Part shown: in pieces, positions 11,782 to 25,254 of the stretch
Numbering within the stretch: the first letter of the stretch is position 1
How the letters are laid out: every line of letters begins with the position of its first letter
Origin: Selaginella moellendorffii
Taxonomy: Eukaryota > Plantae > Lycopodiophyta
NCBI RefSeq assembly: GCF_000143415.4
Contig: NW_003314368.1
Span: forward strand, 330,792 to 394,791
Length of the DNA stretch: 64,000 nucleotides
Reading direction: 5' to 3'
Notes under the pieces: model-generated
Databases searched by the model: none
Told to the model about the DNA's origin: nothing
What the model saw: only the letters and a program-made list of their open reading frames with translations
Made by a program: the position numbers and the translations under genes

Positions 11782-12930
11782 AGGGTTCATCATTCCCAAG
11801 ATTGATCTCGTGAGGAGCTGGAGTGGTGGATGTTCCGGCTCCAAAGCTCCCTCAGCTCATCAGCAGCGTTGGTCTTCCATATTCATTACTTTACTTCGAC
11901 GACGAACACTTCTGGTGAAGTTATGATCTCTACAACTGAATCCACATTGGGTGGTGACTCAAGGAATTGAAAGCAAAGGTGATATTCTCTTTTAACAAGT
12001 ATTTAATTGGAAAAGTTTTGGTTGGAAAGAATATACCTAGAATATTTTAGTAAATTCCTCAATCTAATGGTTGTGATCTTAATATACACTAATGAAAAAT
12101 ATGTCATCATGGTACAGAGCATTCTTTGTTGTTAAGCTTCCTAAACAAAAAATGAATGAATATACTAATCTCATCACTAATATTCACAGATTTTTAGGGT
12201 TCAGTAAACAGTGGTTTTGACAAATCTAGTTCAGTATGAAAATTTAGCATGGAATATACATACAAGAATATTCAAGTGGTATTTCCACTTCCTTTTCTCG
12301 TTCAAAGTTGTGTGAGCACCGTGCTAGCCATAACCAGAAACGTGGTGGCAGCTCATACAACGTGGCTATGACAAGCCCTTCAAAACTCTGGAGATCATTC
12401 GACTGGCAGGACTAATGGGTCTCTATATCTTTCTTATTTTTATCCACATTAATATTCCTATTTAAATAGTTTGCTAGCTATGCAGCAACATTTGCTTTTC
12501 TTTTCATTTCAATGGCTGTTTTTATGTAACATATATTTTATGTCCATATTTTAATTGGTGTATGTTTTGAATATGTAGTAGCTGATTATGAATGTCTTGC
12601 TTAGTTCTGTTATGGAAGAAGAAAGGAAAAAATGGATAGACCAAAAGCTCTAATTCTTCTAGAAATCCAGCCAGTCATACCAAATTTATGTTTAATTGGA
12701 TGCCAGAGAAGAACAGCATTTTATGGATGACTATGGTTTCTGACGGAGCCTAAAATGGCAGCCGCCATGTAATTGCATGTTGGATTTTAGTGGATTTTCA
12801 TGTTAAATTTGCTAGTAATGATAATCTTATTAGCTTACATGCAAGAATCCAGTCCTTGTAACAGACATAGTGGCCTGATTCCTTAGTATCGAGTTGGCTT
12901 GAATCATCAGAGACTTTAATACATTGCAAT
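11782..12930 (+). pseudogene. Decayed intron-containing gene of unknown family
   Basis: Protein-like frames interrupted by TGA/TAA/TAG at plausible CGA/CAA/CAG sites: GAGVVDVPAPKLPQLISSVGLPYSLLYFDDEHFW*SYDLYN*IHIGW*LKELKAK; WWQLIQRGYDKPFKTLEIIRLAGLM; MEEERKKWIDQKL*FF*KSSQSYQIYV*LDAREEQHFMDDYGF. Separated by T-rich intron-like gaps. Confidence 0.4.
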
Positions 12931-15129
12931 CTAAGGAGAAAGGAACATATTGTTTTCCCAATGTTGCTATACTAAAACGACGCAAAGTAATACAAACCTC
13001 TCAAAGGACAATCAAGATGCTTACGTTTTTAAACACATAATCTGATTAAGAACGAGTTTAAAAATAAAAATCAGATTGAAGAATATCCTAGAATATGCAT
13101 GAATATTTTAGGCACCCAAGTTTCTTTGGTTTACTTTGAAATTTAAGTATTTATTTCTATAGTATATTAACTACATTATATTTAATTATTTAGTGGATTG
13201 GGGTCAAATTTAAGGGAGGAGTAGTATTCTACTTTTTTAAAAGAAAACCATACATATTTTTATTTAATTTAAATTCACTAGAGTGACCATAATTTATGAT
13301 TTGAGGTACCTGACATCCATAAAAGTTTTATTGGAATAAGTAACTAAATTACCATCATATTATAAAATTAAGAAACAATTAAAAATTTTTTTAATGTATT
13401 TTCTAATTCCCAAACTTTTTGGTTTAATGAATATAAACAAAATTTACAACTATATTCCAATATTAAAATATTTTTACCATTTTGAGAAATTAAAAAATTA
13501 TTAATGTAAAGAATTGAATAGGAAAATTAAGAATTTATTCTAATATAACAGCCATAGATATTTTCAAAAGTAATATTTTGATTTTGAAATGTCAATTCAT
13601 CTGATATACCATTTAGTATATATCTTATAAGATAATTTTTACTTTCTTTCCTGAAATTTGTTTTATTTGAGAGGTAGAGCAAGAAAATAGCTTTCCAAAG
13701 AATCATGTCTCATGAATTTTGGTGCTGTGTGTTGAGGATTTTAGAATATATAATACATCATTAATTAGTACTTTACCATATTATTATTTAATAGCTTGAA
13801 AATTTTAATTGTCTCTGATTTTAACATATTTCTGAGTAATAGAATTTTTAAAATAACCTGGGAGTTCTTTATATAAACAATCTTTTCTAAACTCTAAAAG
13901 CTGATCAATTCCATGTTTAATATTATTTCCTACTATTTTCTATATATTTTCCCTTAAAAGAACATTGATATTTAACTTTGATTATTATATCACAATATTC
14001 TTGAGATGTTAGTATTCTATCTTCATCTATATATGTTATAGGATAATTTTTATTATGGTTGATATTGTCTAATAAACTATTAACACTTCCAAAAAATCCT
14101 ACTCTGTCAATTTGAGGTTCATCCATTTTAGGGGCCATAATAATGTCTTGTTGAAGAAAACAAAATATAAAATTTTAATAACTGATACATCAAAGAAGTC
14201 ACAATTACTATTATTTACTCTTCCTAAAATGTTTACATTTTATATGCATGTTATCTTTATTTATTTTATTATTTCAGTGGTTCTAACAATTCTATTTTTG
14301 GAGTAATGTATATTATTAGATATAGACTCATTTTGTTTTTATTTCTTGGACACTAAGTCCTTGACATAAGTAATTTGACATACATACATATGATGATTTG
14401 CTACTCACGCTTTAGATTCTATCCCAGATCCCTCCATCTTAATTTATCATTCATTGAATATACTTATGAATATTCTATTGGATTTTCCTTTCACAGAGAA
14501 TACTCTTTTCGGTGCTTTAGACCAAGATCTGGAAAATATGCTTTAAAAGATGTTTCTAAAACTTAAAACCTGAATTATATATTACTTATAAATTACAGCT
14601 ACGAAATAAATTCTTACTTTAGATATATTAATTTTCTAGCATCTGAATAAGAGTGTCTATCTATATTCATAGCCAAATTGGCAATAACACCAGCAGCTAC
14701 ATGCCAGATAGTCTCTTAAACTGTGTTTAGCAGCACCAAAATTGACTTTCATACATCTTTTGTTTGCCAACTCTAATTTTCCTCTTGCTTTACTAAATTG
14801 AGGCATGAGATGGCCTTTTAAAAAGCTTGTCATCATAAGAACTTTACTGAGCACTAATATAAACTCTAGTAGCATATTCCAACCACTTTTTAGTGTCTTT
14901 CTAAAACATTTCTACTTTCTCTACTACTTTGCAAAGAGGCTTTCTCTTTATTCTTGACAACCATGTGTCATTTGTATTGTGAAAAAAAGTCTATACCATT
15001 TGAAAAATAGTATATATGTCACTTATTTGGTTCCGAAAGAATATTCTCCGTGTGAAATTGAATATTCTCTAAGTGAAAATACATATTCAACTCATGAAAT
15101 TTAATATTCTTTCAACAAAAACACCTTAA

Positions 15130-16908
15130 TTAATAAAAGATTTTTTGTATTGCTCAAGTTTACTAAGGGGTTGAGGAGTTTAGAGAGAGCAATTTCAGCT
15201 ATTAATAGTTGTGTAGTATGTATAGTGCATGAAATTCTATGGAATTCTGTTTTTTTATAAAGAAGCTAATATAAACATTTAGGATTTCAAAGTGCTTGAA
15301 TACCTAGTTGCTCTTGTTGATTGTAAGAATAGGCTAAAATTTCCCAGTATATGCTATGTGTAGAAGAAGGAGGATAAGATGTTATTGAGATTGGAAAATA
15401 ATTGTACCATTAATAAGTCATATAATCATATACAAATTTTTTTTCTAGCAAATCAAACAATTTCCTCCAAAATCTACTCAATAAAGGAATTTCTTCTCAA
15501 CTTACAAAACCAAAATCTAGCTTAGTGAATTATTATCAAGCTTGAAGCTATTATGCACTCCTAAAGCTTCATATATTTCACCCACCTCTTCATATGGAAA
15601 CACTTAAGGAGTTTGAAAGGTTTAAAGAGTAAAGTGATATTATAATTGTGAAGCTTCAAAAGGTTATTTTTTTAGAGACTAATGCTTGTAAGTAAGTAGA
15701 CTCTTTTTTGGAGAACTTTAATAGTATATCATTGGGCACGAATGGTAAGGGATGGTAATTGCAAGATAGCCACAAAAGGTATTTGAAAGAATATATAGAA
15801 TATATTGCATATTCATATTTTCCTTTTCCATAATTGTATAGATTCAATATGAAAGTTCCATTTTATAACATCATATTATTTCTAAACTTATATTTACATA
15901 TTACAATACAAGATGACTGATGACTTTTAGAGTCATCAATGATTCTAAAAGTTGCTTGTGCAACCATTCCTCACTAGGATATGATTTTGGAATGAAGATC
16001 ACTTACCTACATATTGTTGATCATAGAAATGAATTTTGTTTTGGAAATAAGTCATCTCTTCATACATGAATAATCCATGAAAATGAATTTAGTTCTTGGA
16101 ATAAATCATCTCTTCAAACATAAATGATCTCCCTAGGCTGGAATTTTGACAAATCTATTGCAAAATAGTGTAACTTATATAACAGTTCTTTTTTGAATTC
16201 TAAGCTCTTGGTTTTTATTTTTTTCTTGGGCATGGGTTGCAATGATACCTTGAATGATCTCTATAATTCACTAGTGAAAATATTCTCTAAAGATTTTAAA
16301 GTATAAGGCTACCATCATATCCTCTGTTTGGATCATGACTTGTATTGTGAATACTTATAATAAGGAGTTAGTGCCAATGTTTACTAGTGTTCTGAGGAGT
16401 ACTCTAAGTTTTATAAGATAATAATGAGTGCTAGAAAATTATTTGCAAGGTGTCCCTGATTGGCTGTGGCTCTAAGAAAATCATGCAATAAACCAAAATT
16501 GCCATGCACTCCTCTACAATATCATCACAATTGCTATTGAAGTCTCCTAGCTGTCTTCAAAATTTACTGGAAATAAGTGATTATTTAGTATCCCATTTAC
16601 CACTTTCTTCCTTTCATTTGTAGTCAAAAAACCCATCCTAAATCTAAAGAGCACATGAATTCAAGTCCATCTTGAAAAGCCATCTCGTGATAGTCTTTTA
16701 TCATATAGATCTAGGATCTCCTCTACAACCATGGCTAGTATAACTATGTTGCACAATTGAGAGATTTGTGCTTTAGTTTTGAAACACTTGAATAACAACC
16801 AACCAAAACATAACCTATAAATGAATAATTAAAAGAATTAAACTTGTAATTCATACCTTTCTCTTGTCAAATTCTTATAAATTATTTAATATGTTCTTTG
16901 GATGCCAT
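15130..16908 (-). pseudogene. Decayed ~600-codon ORF with a putative C-terminal HECT-type E3 ligase domain
   Basis: Manual translation gives HECT-like motifs in the expected order over about 320 codons: IIYV*RDDLF, *GMVAQATFRII, YSFKYLLWLS..HPLPF, SRFWRKLFDLLE...II*LINGT, NRIP..FHA..ILHNY. Many stops and some frameshifts; the catalytic Cys is not readable. Confidence 0.4.
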
Positions 16909-16939
16909 TGATTTATAAATTATAAAAATATTTATAATT

Positions 16940-17775
16940 ATGGATCAATTGAATTATTCATGACACTACTATTAAACAAACCAAGCATTGCTACATGCAA
17001 TGTGTAGCAAATTATTAATTGCTCAAGAAATTGATAAACCTTTGATACCTATTATGAAAAAAAATGTTTATTACATGTGTATATACATTACCTCTGACAC
17101 AAGTTCACTTATTAGTACACTTAGTTGATAAATTAGAGATGGTTAGTCCTAGAGCTAGCTAGAATATATTCTTCATCAAGTGTTATTTCTGGGTTTTAAA
17201 ATCTTTAGTAAGACAGAAAATAAAATTTAAAAGATCTATAGTTGAAAGTTTATTATTAATAGAGATTTATTTTTATATGCATAATATTTTAGTGATGATT
17301 TGGTTATTGGTATTCCATATTTTATATCTTTATTTGATTATAGTAGTATTTGATTGCAAAATCCAGAAAAATAAATTTAACTTAGTACACAAGAGTATAA
17401 ACATTGTTGCTTTATATTTGCATTTGAAGAGAAATGCACCCTATAAGAAATATCAACAAGAAAAATTGAAAGAGATAATACAAGAATACAATATATTATT
17501 GACTATACAAACCAATAGGTTCTTGAAATTTTAAAAATGTCTACCACTATTATCTAATATAGCTATTACAGATCAAATAATACAATATGTTGTTCAAAGA
17601 GGTGAACCAATATAAAATTTTATTAAGGATTTGGGTATGGATGTAATACTAATAGGAGATATGAGAATTGGTTGTACTTTATTTCTGCAACTTCAAAAAG
17701 CCTTCATAACTTATTTGTGATGTCTCTATTTAGTCAAAGATGCCTATATTTAAAACTATCTACAAAGACAATAAC
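16940..17775 (+). pseudogene. Decayed intronless ORF (~280 codons), unknown product
   Basis: One frame from MDQLNYS...NQALLHAMCSKLLIAQEIDKPLIPIMKK...LEYILHQVLFLGFKIF...YFSDDLVIGIPYFISLFDY..., broken by single stops and one late frameshift. Starts 31 bp from the divergent ORF at 16908. Confidence 0.45.
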
Positions 17776-18719
17776 TCTAAATCTGAATGCTTTTCCAAGT
17801 GTTAACATTTTATAGTCTCTATGATAGTGTAGGCATTTGGATCATATAAGTTCTCCACCATAGAATTAGTAGTTCCATCATAGAAAAGAGGTTTATATTC
17901 AGCCTCCACAATACCTATTTAATTGAGAATGCACTGCCACTCCTGCCAATATGGCATTGCATTTTTATTAAAAACGCAACATAGAAAAGAGCTTCTTATA
18001 AGCTAAGGGATTCTACTACTATTTCCACTATGTCCTTATCCTCTATATTTGCTATTTCATATTGCCTAAAGACCTTAGTCTTCAATGTTACTATGACTAT
18101 CATATTGTTATTACAAGATTCTAAAGTAGCGATCTCTATTACTCCTATTGTATGCTTAAAAACACCAATCTCCTTTACTTGTAGCACTTGGAATTTCACA
18201 TTCTTTTGCAAGGTTATATGAACTTGTCATGCATACTACTCACATGCTTGGGACCAATATGTTCAAACCTACATGTGCAATTGTTACAAAGATGTCAACA
18301 AAACTAATGGAAAGCTTACTTTAGTACTTCTCTAACTTCAAGATCTTTTAAAAACATAGGTGATTTCATGTTGTTCCCATTAGAATTTGAACTAGGAATG
18401 ATGAATCTTCTTTTATTAGTCATCCTCATTGTTGAAAATGACAAGTGGCCACCTTATGAAGAAGTGTCAAGGATGGAGGCAAAAGAAAATAACATATTTT
18501 ACCTAAACTACAAATGATGAGAGTTCTAGTTCATCTTTTATTTCTTCAAGTTCTTCTTCAAAATACTAATTATCTTATTTATCATCCATATAATCCCCAC
18601 TAGCATTAATAATTATGTCCTCATTGCACTATTTTTATAGAATTACAAGTAAATGTTTTCTTCTCATTAGATTTCCATTTAGGAAATAGAGGATATCAAT
18701 CTAGGAATTGCTAACAATC

Positions 18720-19570
18720 TTGATATGTGTGGCTTCATCACATGCTTAGTAGCAAATATTGCAGCCATGATCACATCCTTGTAATTGTTTTGAACATGAG
18801 AAATAGTAACATTAACTTCCATCATAATAGACATATAGGAAGTGAAATTTAAACACGTGCAACTATAAGTAGGAGAGGTGATGTCTCATAGCATTGTGTT
18901 AATTGAAAAGTGTTGTCAAGGGTGGCTAAGGCAAGTGCATGCAAAATCTTCATATAATTTTGATAAAGTGTTTGCCATAAATGTTTAACTTGATTCACTC
19001 TAATATATTTGACTCTATATGAAGTTAAAATAAATACTAAATTGCATAATTGAATTAGATAGCTCATGACAGAGATGATATAATTGCTAAAATATGTCAT
19101 TAAATATGCATTTGAAGATGTCTAGGAAGAGGCTCTAATCTACATAAGTGATTATGTTTAAACCATTATACCATTGCAACACTGTTCTTTGAAAATATGT
19201 GAGAAACTTATGCAAACATAGGTATGTTTAAACTAATAGTACACATCATCCTCAAAATTCTTACAGAAAAAATCTAGCTAAACATAAGGATTAATAGCAA
19301 GAGTAGGATAGAGTTACACCACACATCATGAATGTTATCACTATCAATTAAGTTTGATTATTCAATTACAACCATATAACATCAAGCAATTGCATCAATT
19401 GTTATTCCAAAGTCAAACAAGGAGGAGGAAACTACTGCAAAAGAGGAATATACTACTTTGCTATGAATCTAAATAAAAAGAAAAAGTAAAATAAAAAAAC
19501 AGTATTGGAAAAACTTACAACAATAAAAAAAAATTTAGATGATGTAAAAGCTAGAAACACAAATCCAAAC
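18720..19570 (-). mobile_element. Highly decayed gag fragment of the same gypsy family (copy 3)
   Basis: Colinear with 4350-5200, e.g. GCAAGTGCATGCA, GCATTTGAAGAT, TACACATCATCC, ACATCAAGCAATTG; translation LHALALATLDNTFQLTQCYET matches copy 1 gag. Confidence 0.85.
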
Positions 19571-20192
19571 ATATATAAGAGTACCAATTTGATAGTTATC
19601 AAAATTTCAATACACTAATAATAGTTCACAGTATTGTATCCATGACCTTACAAGATCTAGAAAAATCACTACTCATTTTGTTAATTCAATAGTTTATTCT
19701 ATCTTTCAATTAAATTTTAATAGTTATTTTTCCCCAAGGAAAGCTGGGACTTTTCCTAGTTTGAATACATATCAACTATTACCTTACATAATTATAGAAC
19801 ACTAATACATACTTTATTAATATAATTTGCATAATAGGTAGGTTTTTGGTTTGCTTAAGCATACATTTCTACATTTCACAGTTATTATTCATTTAGATTA
19901 ATCTTGTATTTATACTTTATAAACATATTGTAATTTATAAATTTTAGTAAACACTTCCTAGTATATTCTAGTTTATTCTTGGATTTCTAAGTTATCATTC
20001 AGATTAATAAATAATACTAGAAAAGAATAACACTACTTATAAGAAAAAAAAATGTTGTTAGATGCAAGATTATTAAATTGTCTCAGGCTTCTCCTTGATT
20101 TCCAGTAATTAGTCTGAAATGTTAAATCAATTAAAAATTGAGAGTTTAATTTTTATTTAATTTAAGCTAATTATTTTATAAAAAATTGCTAC

Positions 20193-20369
20193 TGTGAGGT
20201 CCAAATGTACAACTATAATGCTATATACTAATATTAGCATAATGGGATTTTAGTAGCCGTTAAATTAGTTTTAATCTAGATCACTCACTTCTGTATATAA
20301 ACTAGGGTTTTTTGGGTAGTTGATATGCACATTTTCTATATTCCCTTTTCCATATTTTATGCACTCACA
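20193..20369 (+). repeat. 5' LTR of gypsy copy 2
   Basis: TG...CA; aligns with 24993-25169 and, inverted, with copy 1 LTRs; TATATAAA box. Confidence 0.9.
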
Positions 20370-23300
20370 TAGGGGCATTTTTGATTGTCCTTGAGAAGTG
20401 TTTGGATTTAGCTTTTGCATTATCTAGATCTAGTTTTTTCCATTTCCTTTTTTTTATTCTTTCCTTTCAGCATTTTAGTTTAGATCTAATTTTTTGCATT
20501 GTCTAGATCTCCCTTTTCTTTAGGCTTTTTTTCATTTTTCTTTTTTTGTTTTTTTTTTCTTTTCATTCATCTTCATGGTAGATCAATAATCTCTTCCTCT
20601 GACTCTGGAACAATAGTCGGTACAATTGCTTGATGCTATATAATTGCAATTGAATAACCAAACTCAGTTGATGGTGGCATTCACAGCACATGGTACAATT
20701 CTTCTTGCTCTTGGTGCCAATCTTTGTGTTCGGTTGGAGTTCTTTTACAGGAATCTTGGGGATGATGTGTGCCATTAGTTCGATCACTTCACCGTGATTG
20801 CCACATATCATTTTTGGGATGATGCTCAACATTTGTATGAGTTTCCCATGTGTCTCCAAGGGACGACGTTGCAATGGAACAATAGTTTGAGCACAGCTAC
20901 TTGTGAGGATTGGAGTGTTCTCCCGAACGTTTTCAAACATGCATTCAGACATGCCAACGATTATGATGATGCCTTTTAATAATTGCATTGTCTTCGTTAA
21001 GGGCCATCTGAGTCGGTGATGCAATTTGGCGTTTGTTTTTTAACCCTTTTATTTCATGTGGAGCCAAATATGTCAAAGCGGATCAAGCTAGGAATGTTAT
21101 GGCCAGCACTTCGTCAAGATCCTATCGGACTTGTGCATACATTTGCTTCTGCCACTCTTGATGATGCTCTTCACTTAGCATAACGTTATGAAACATCACT
21201 TCTTCCACTTCTCACTCCACGTCCTTCAATTCCACTTCCTATGGGTGATGGTCTTGTTTCAATGGAGGTTGATGCTACTGCTACTTGAGTCCAAGGCCAC
21301 AGGTGAGGCTATGGTCATGGTCATGATGTTTGTTGCTGGACGTGTGATGAAGTTGGTCACACTTATTGGCATTGTTAGCATTTTCCAAATTGGCAGCCAC
21401 CATTTCCTAGGTGGAGACTTTGGCATCACCAACATTCTGTTGGTGCTGCTGCAATGGAAGGTTTGGACTCTGAAATGCATCTAGGAAATAAGGAGCTGCG
21501 AGAGTAATGAAGGGACTTTTCGTAAATAAATTAATGACCCTTCCCTCTTTCTTTCGGGAGTATCATCAAGGGGTTCATTCGACACCAGTTCATCTAATGT
21601 TTACTTTTCAAGCTCGTTTTTATAATAAGCTATTTCCTATTATTCTCTTTATGTTAGTTGATACAAGTTTGAGTTTATCTTTTATTGCTCGATCTGTTGC
21701 CATACGTTGCCGTCTACATTTGTGTTGTGCAGTGGAGCCAATTTTCATTATTTATGGCAATAGTTATACACATGCATATGTACGGAATGAGGCAAACTTA
21801 GTTGTGCATGTGAGTGATTTCGAGCTTGGGTTGCAATCATTGCAAGTGGTGTCGAATCAAGTTTTTGACCTCATCCTTAATATGGATTGGTTGCAGCACA
21901 ATCATGCCAAGTGTGACTTTAAGGCTTCTTCTTGTTGTCTTATACTTCTTTATATTTCATTTATTCCTTTCACCTTCATACCTACTTATCCCTCTGCTTC
22001 TACCTTTGTTTCCATTACTTTTGTCCCCCCACTACTTCCTCTTATATTTTCATTTTGTTTTGCTCTTCTTTTTTTTTATCCTTCTGACAATCTTTGAGTT
22101 ACAACAATTGACCGGCTCATGAAGGAGTATGTTGATCTCTTTGAATTTGACCTATCGTCTGGGGCTATGATTGCGACACATCATCCAATTCTAATCGGGG
22201 ATATTCGTCCAATCAAGGTTCTTGTTTGTCATCGATTACCCAAAAAGATCAAGCTTTTACATATAAAAGTCAAAGAGATGTTGGAGAAGAATGTTATTCG
22301 GAAGTCGCGGAGTCCTTGGGCATGTGAACCTCATCTTGTGACGAAGCCTAATGGGAGTATTCATTTCTGCATCAATTATCATCTGTTAAACAAGGTGACG
22401 ATCCTGGATATGTACCTTCTTCCTCACATTACTGATCTCTTGGATCGTTTAGGGCGAAGTTGTTGGTTCACCAAACTAAATCTTGCTTTTAGGTACTGGC
22501 AAGTACCAATGGCTAAAAAAAATGTTTCTAAAATTGCATTTTGTACATCATTTGGTTTATACGAGTTCTTGGTGATGCTGTTTAGTTTGAACAATGCTTT
22601 AGCAACTTTCTAGTGGATGATGGACGAAGTTCTTTGTGATATGCTGGAGGTGACTGCTGACTTCATTAATAATGTTTTGATCCACTCGAAGGGGACGTGG
22701 GAGGAGCACATTCGTGATATTTGTAAAGTGTTGGATCGGATATAGAACGTTAGTTTAAAGCTTAAGTGGTCGAAGTGCATGTTTGGGTCCAAGGACATAA
22801 CTTATCCTGGGTATTGTATTTCTTGTGAGGGTTTGTAAGTTGATCCTGATAAACTTGTGGCTGTTCTAAAGTTCCCTACTCCGAAGTGTGTGAATTATAT
22901 GCAGCACTTCTTGGGCAAGGTACAGTATCTTGGTCGTTTTGTGGATCATTTTTCTGATCGCACTGCACCATTGCAAGCATTATTAAAGTCATCAACATCA
23001 TCTTTCATCTAGTCTCCAGATTGTGAGTAGGCATTCATGGAGCTCAAAGAGCTATTGATGACTCCTCCGGTTTTGGCATATCCTCACTACACTTGACCTT
23101 TTATTTTACACGTGGATGCTTCTGATATTGGTTTTGGAGGTGTGTTTATACAAGAGAGCCCAAGTGTGCCTGGTTAGTGCCACCCTATTATGTATATAAG
23201 TTGTATATTACAACCAGCGGAGGTGAACTACTCCACGACAGAGAAGGAGTGTTTAGCAGTAGTCTGGGGTTTCAAAAAACTTCATGCATATCTACATGGT

Positions 23301-24992
23301 TCTCGGATATTACTTGAAGGTGATCATGCTATCATTACTTCATTATTGAAGCAAAAAAAACCTAGTTGGTCGTACTGCTTAATGGGCTTTAAAGCTTCAG
23401 ATATATAATTTTGATGTTGTTCATCACCCAAGGAGTTCTATGGCTGATGTTGATGCCCTTTCTCAAGCTCCTCTTCCTTCTCCACTCTCTTTTTATGTTC
23501 CTAACAAGCCTATTATTCCAGCATTTGTGGATTTTCTAGATGAGGATTCTGTGTTATCAGTGGTTGCTATATTTGACGTTCAATGTCCATAAGGTGCAGA
23601 GCAAGATCTACTTTTTCTTGATGAGGTTCGTGAGGCTCAAAAGTTTGAGCTGTGGATTCGAAGTCTTTGAGATGGATTTAAGAATCCTGCATCACTTGCT
23701 AATGACTTGCCATTCCGGCATTTATATTCTCAATATCACCTTGAAAATAACCTTCTTTATTTTGTAGGGACAGCTCCTAATGATCTTTTATGGTTGGTGG
23801 TACTTTTCGTCTTTATTCCATGGTTTCTCCATGCTTACCATGATTCTTTTGTTCTAGGCGGGCATATGGAACATTGTCGTGTGACCAAGAAGTTGCATAG
23901 ATTTTTGTATTGGCCGGAGATGCAACGTGATGTTATTTAGTATATGCATAGTTGCGTTTGGTGCCAAGCTCATAATACTCACCCTTGTGCCATAGAGTCA
24001 ATTGCAATTTCCCCTTTATTTGAGTTGGTGGTGTTTAATTTTATGGGACCTTTTCCAGGATCGACTATTAGCAATGAATATGTTATTATTGCTTCTAACT
24101 ATTTGACTTGTTGGGTGGAAGTTGATGCTCTTGCTAGCACCTCTACAACTGTTGTTGGATACTTCCTCCTGAATCGAGTGGTGTTGCAACATTTTTGTCC
24201 AGAGCGGATTCTTTCAGATAATGGTCCCGCATTTATGGCTGAGGCATTTTTTGTTTTGACGTTTCGGTTGGGGATACACCACACTTTCACGAGTGCTTAT
24301 CATCCATAGTTAGACAGTTTGGTAGAATGGCTCATTCGGACATTCAAAGGAATGATCATAAAGTATATGAACTTTCAACATTCAGATTGAAATGGTTATT
24401 TACTGTTTCTTTGGTATGCATATGTCACAGGGGTGCAGAGTTCTGTTAGTATTTTACCATATAAACTTCTATATAGTCATGATCCAATATTACTAATGGA
24501 GCTGGGTTTACCTTCGCAATTGCCATGAGCTACCAATACTAGGTTGTGGGATTAGTATTTGACAAGTATTCTTCCACTTATCTGAGCGAAGTCTACCAAA
24601 CATTTAGGCTACATACAAGTGAGACAACAATGGCACTAAAACTTCCATCATCGTCCACTTGCGGAGTACAAAATGGATGACTTTGTATTAATTTGTTTTC
24701 CCCATCTTACGATACGTGGTTTATCTAAGGGGCTCCTTACTCAGTGGAAAAAACCATATTGGGTGTTATGGCAAGTTGGATCGCAAATTTATAAAATTTG
24801 GCATGACATCTAGTAAGCCAATCCTCCAAAAATTGTGCATGTGTAGCAGTTAAAACACTTCGTACAAAGGGATCAAGAATAACTGATACCACTTACAGAT
24901 CCATCAATGCCTCCTCCTAACGTTTCTCCAGATCCTAGCCCATCTATAAAAAAATTCTAATGATCTTTTATTATTCCGAGAGGAGGGGATGA

Positions 24993-25169
24993 TGTGAGGT
25001 CCAAGTGTACAATTACGATGCCATATACTAATATTAACATAATAAGATTTTGGTAACCATTGAATTGATTTTAATCCAAACCACTCATTTCTATATATAA
25101 ATTAGGGTTTGTGGGTTAATTAATATGCACATTTTTTATATTCCCTTTCCATATTCCATGCACCACACA
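24993..25169 (+). repeat. 3' LTR of gypsy copy 2
   Basis: Follows the PPT; end at 25167 or 25169. Confidence 0.9.
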
Positions 25170-25254
25170 GAAAAATTGATTAAAAAATGTAATTTTTGAT
25201 AATCATAATATTTAATCTCGAGATATAAAAAGAAGCATTGGAAAGTTAGGGCTT

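Larger units (their letters stand above)
20193..25169 (+). mobile_element. Ty3/gypsy LTR retrotransposon, copy 2 (near full length, decayed)
   Basis: LTRs 20193-20369 and 24993-~25169; PPT GAGAGGAGGGGATGA 24978-24992. Contains gag, PR (LVDTS), RT (active site decayed to FINN), RNase H (NYSTTEKECLAVVWG), integrase zinc finger (H..GGH..YWP..CVWC) and core (ILSDNGPAF, TSAYHP). No matching TSD seen. Confidence 0.95.

Noticed and set aside
16750-16860. Serine recombinase-like start (GYVLVG..S.VS)
   Set aside because: The catalytic Y-x-R-x-S pattern and downstream motifs are absent.
18200-18300. SF2 helicase motif V-like string VDIFVTIAHVGLNILVPSM*VV (minus)
   Set aside because: Another frame reads equally well and no other helicase motifs were found.
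13100-18700. Definite giant-virus (NCLDV) call
   Set aside because: No hallmark gene recognisable by eye; kept only as a hypothesis.
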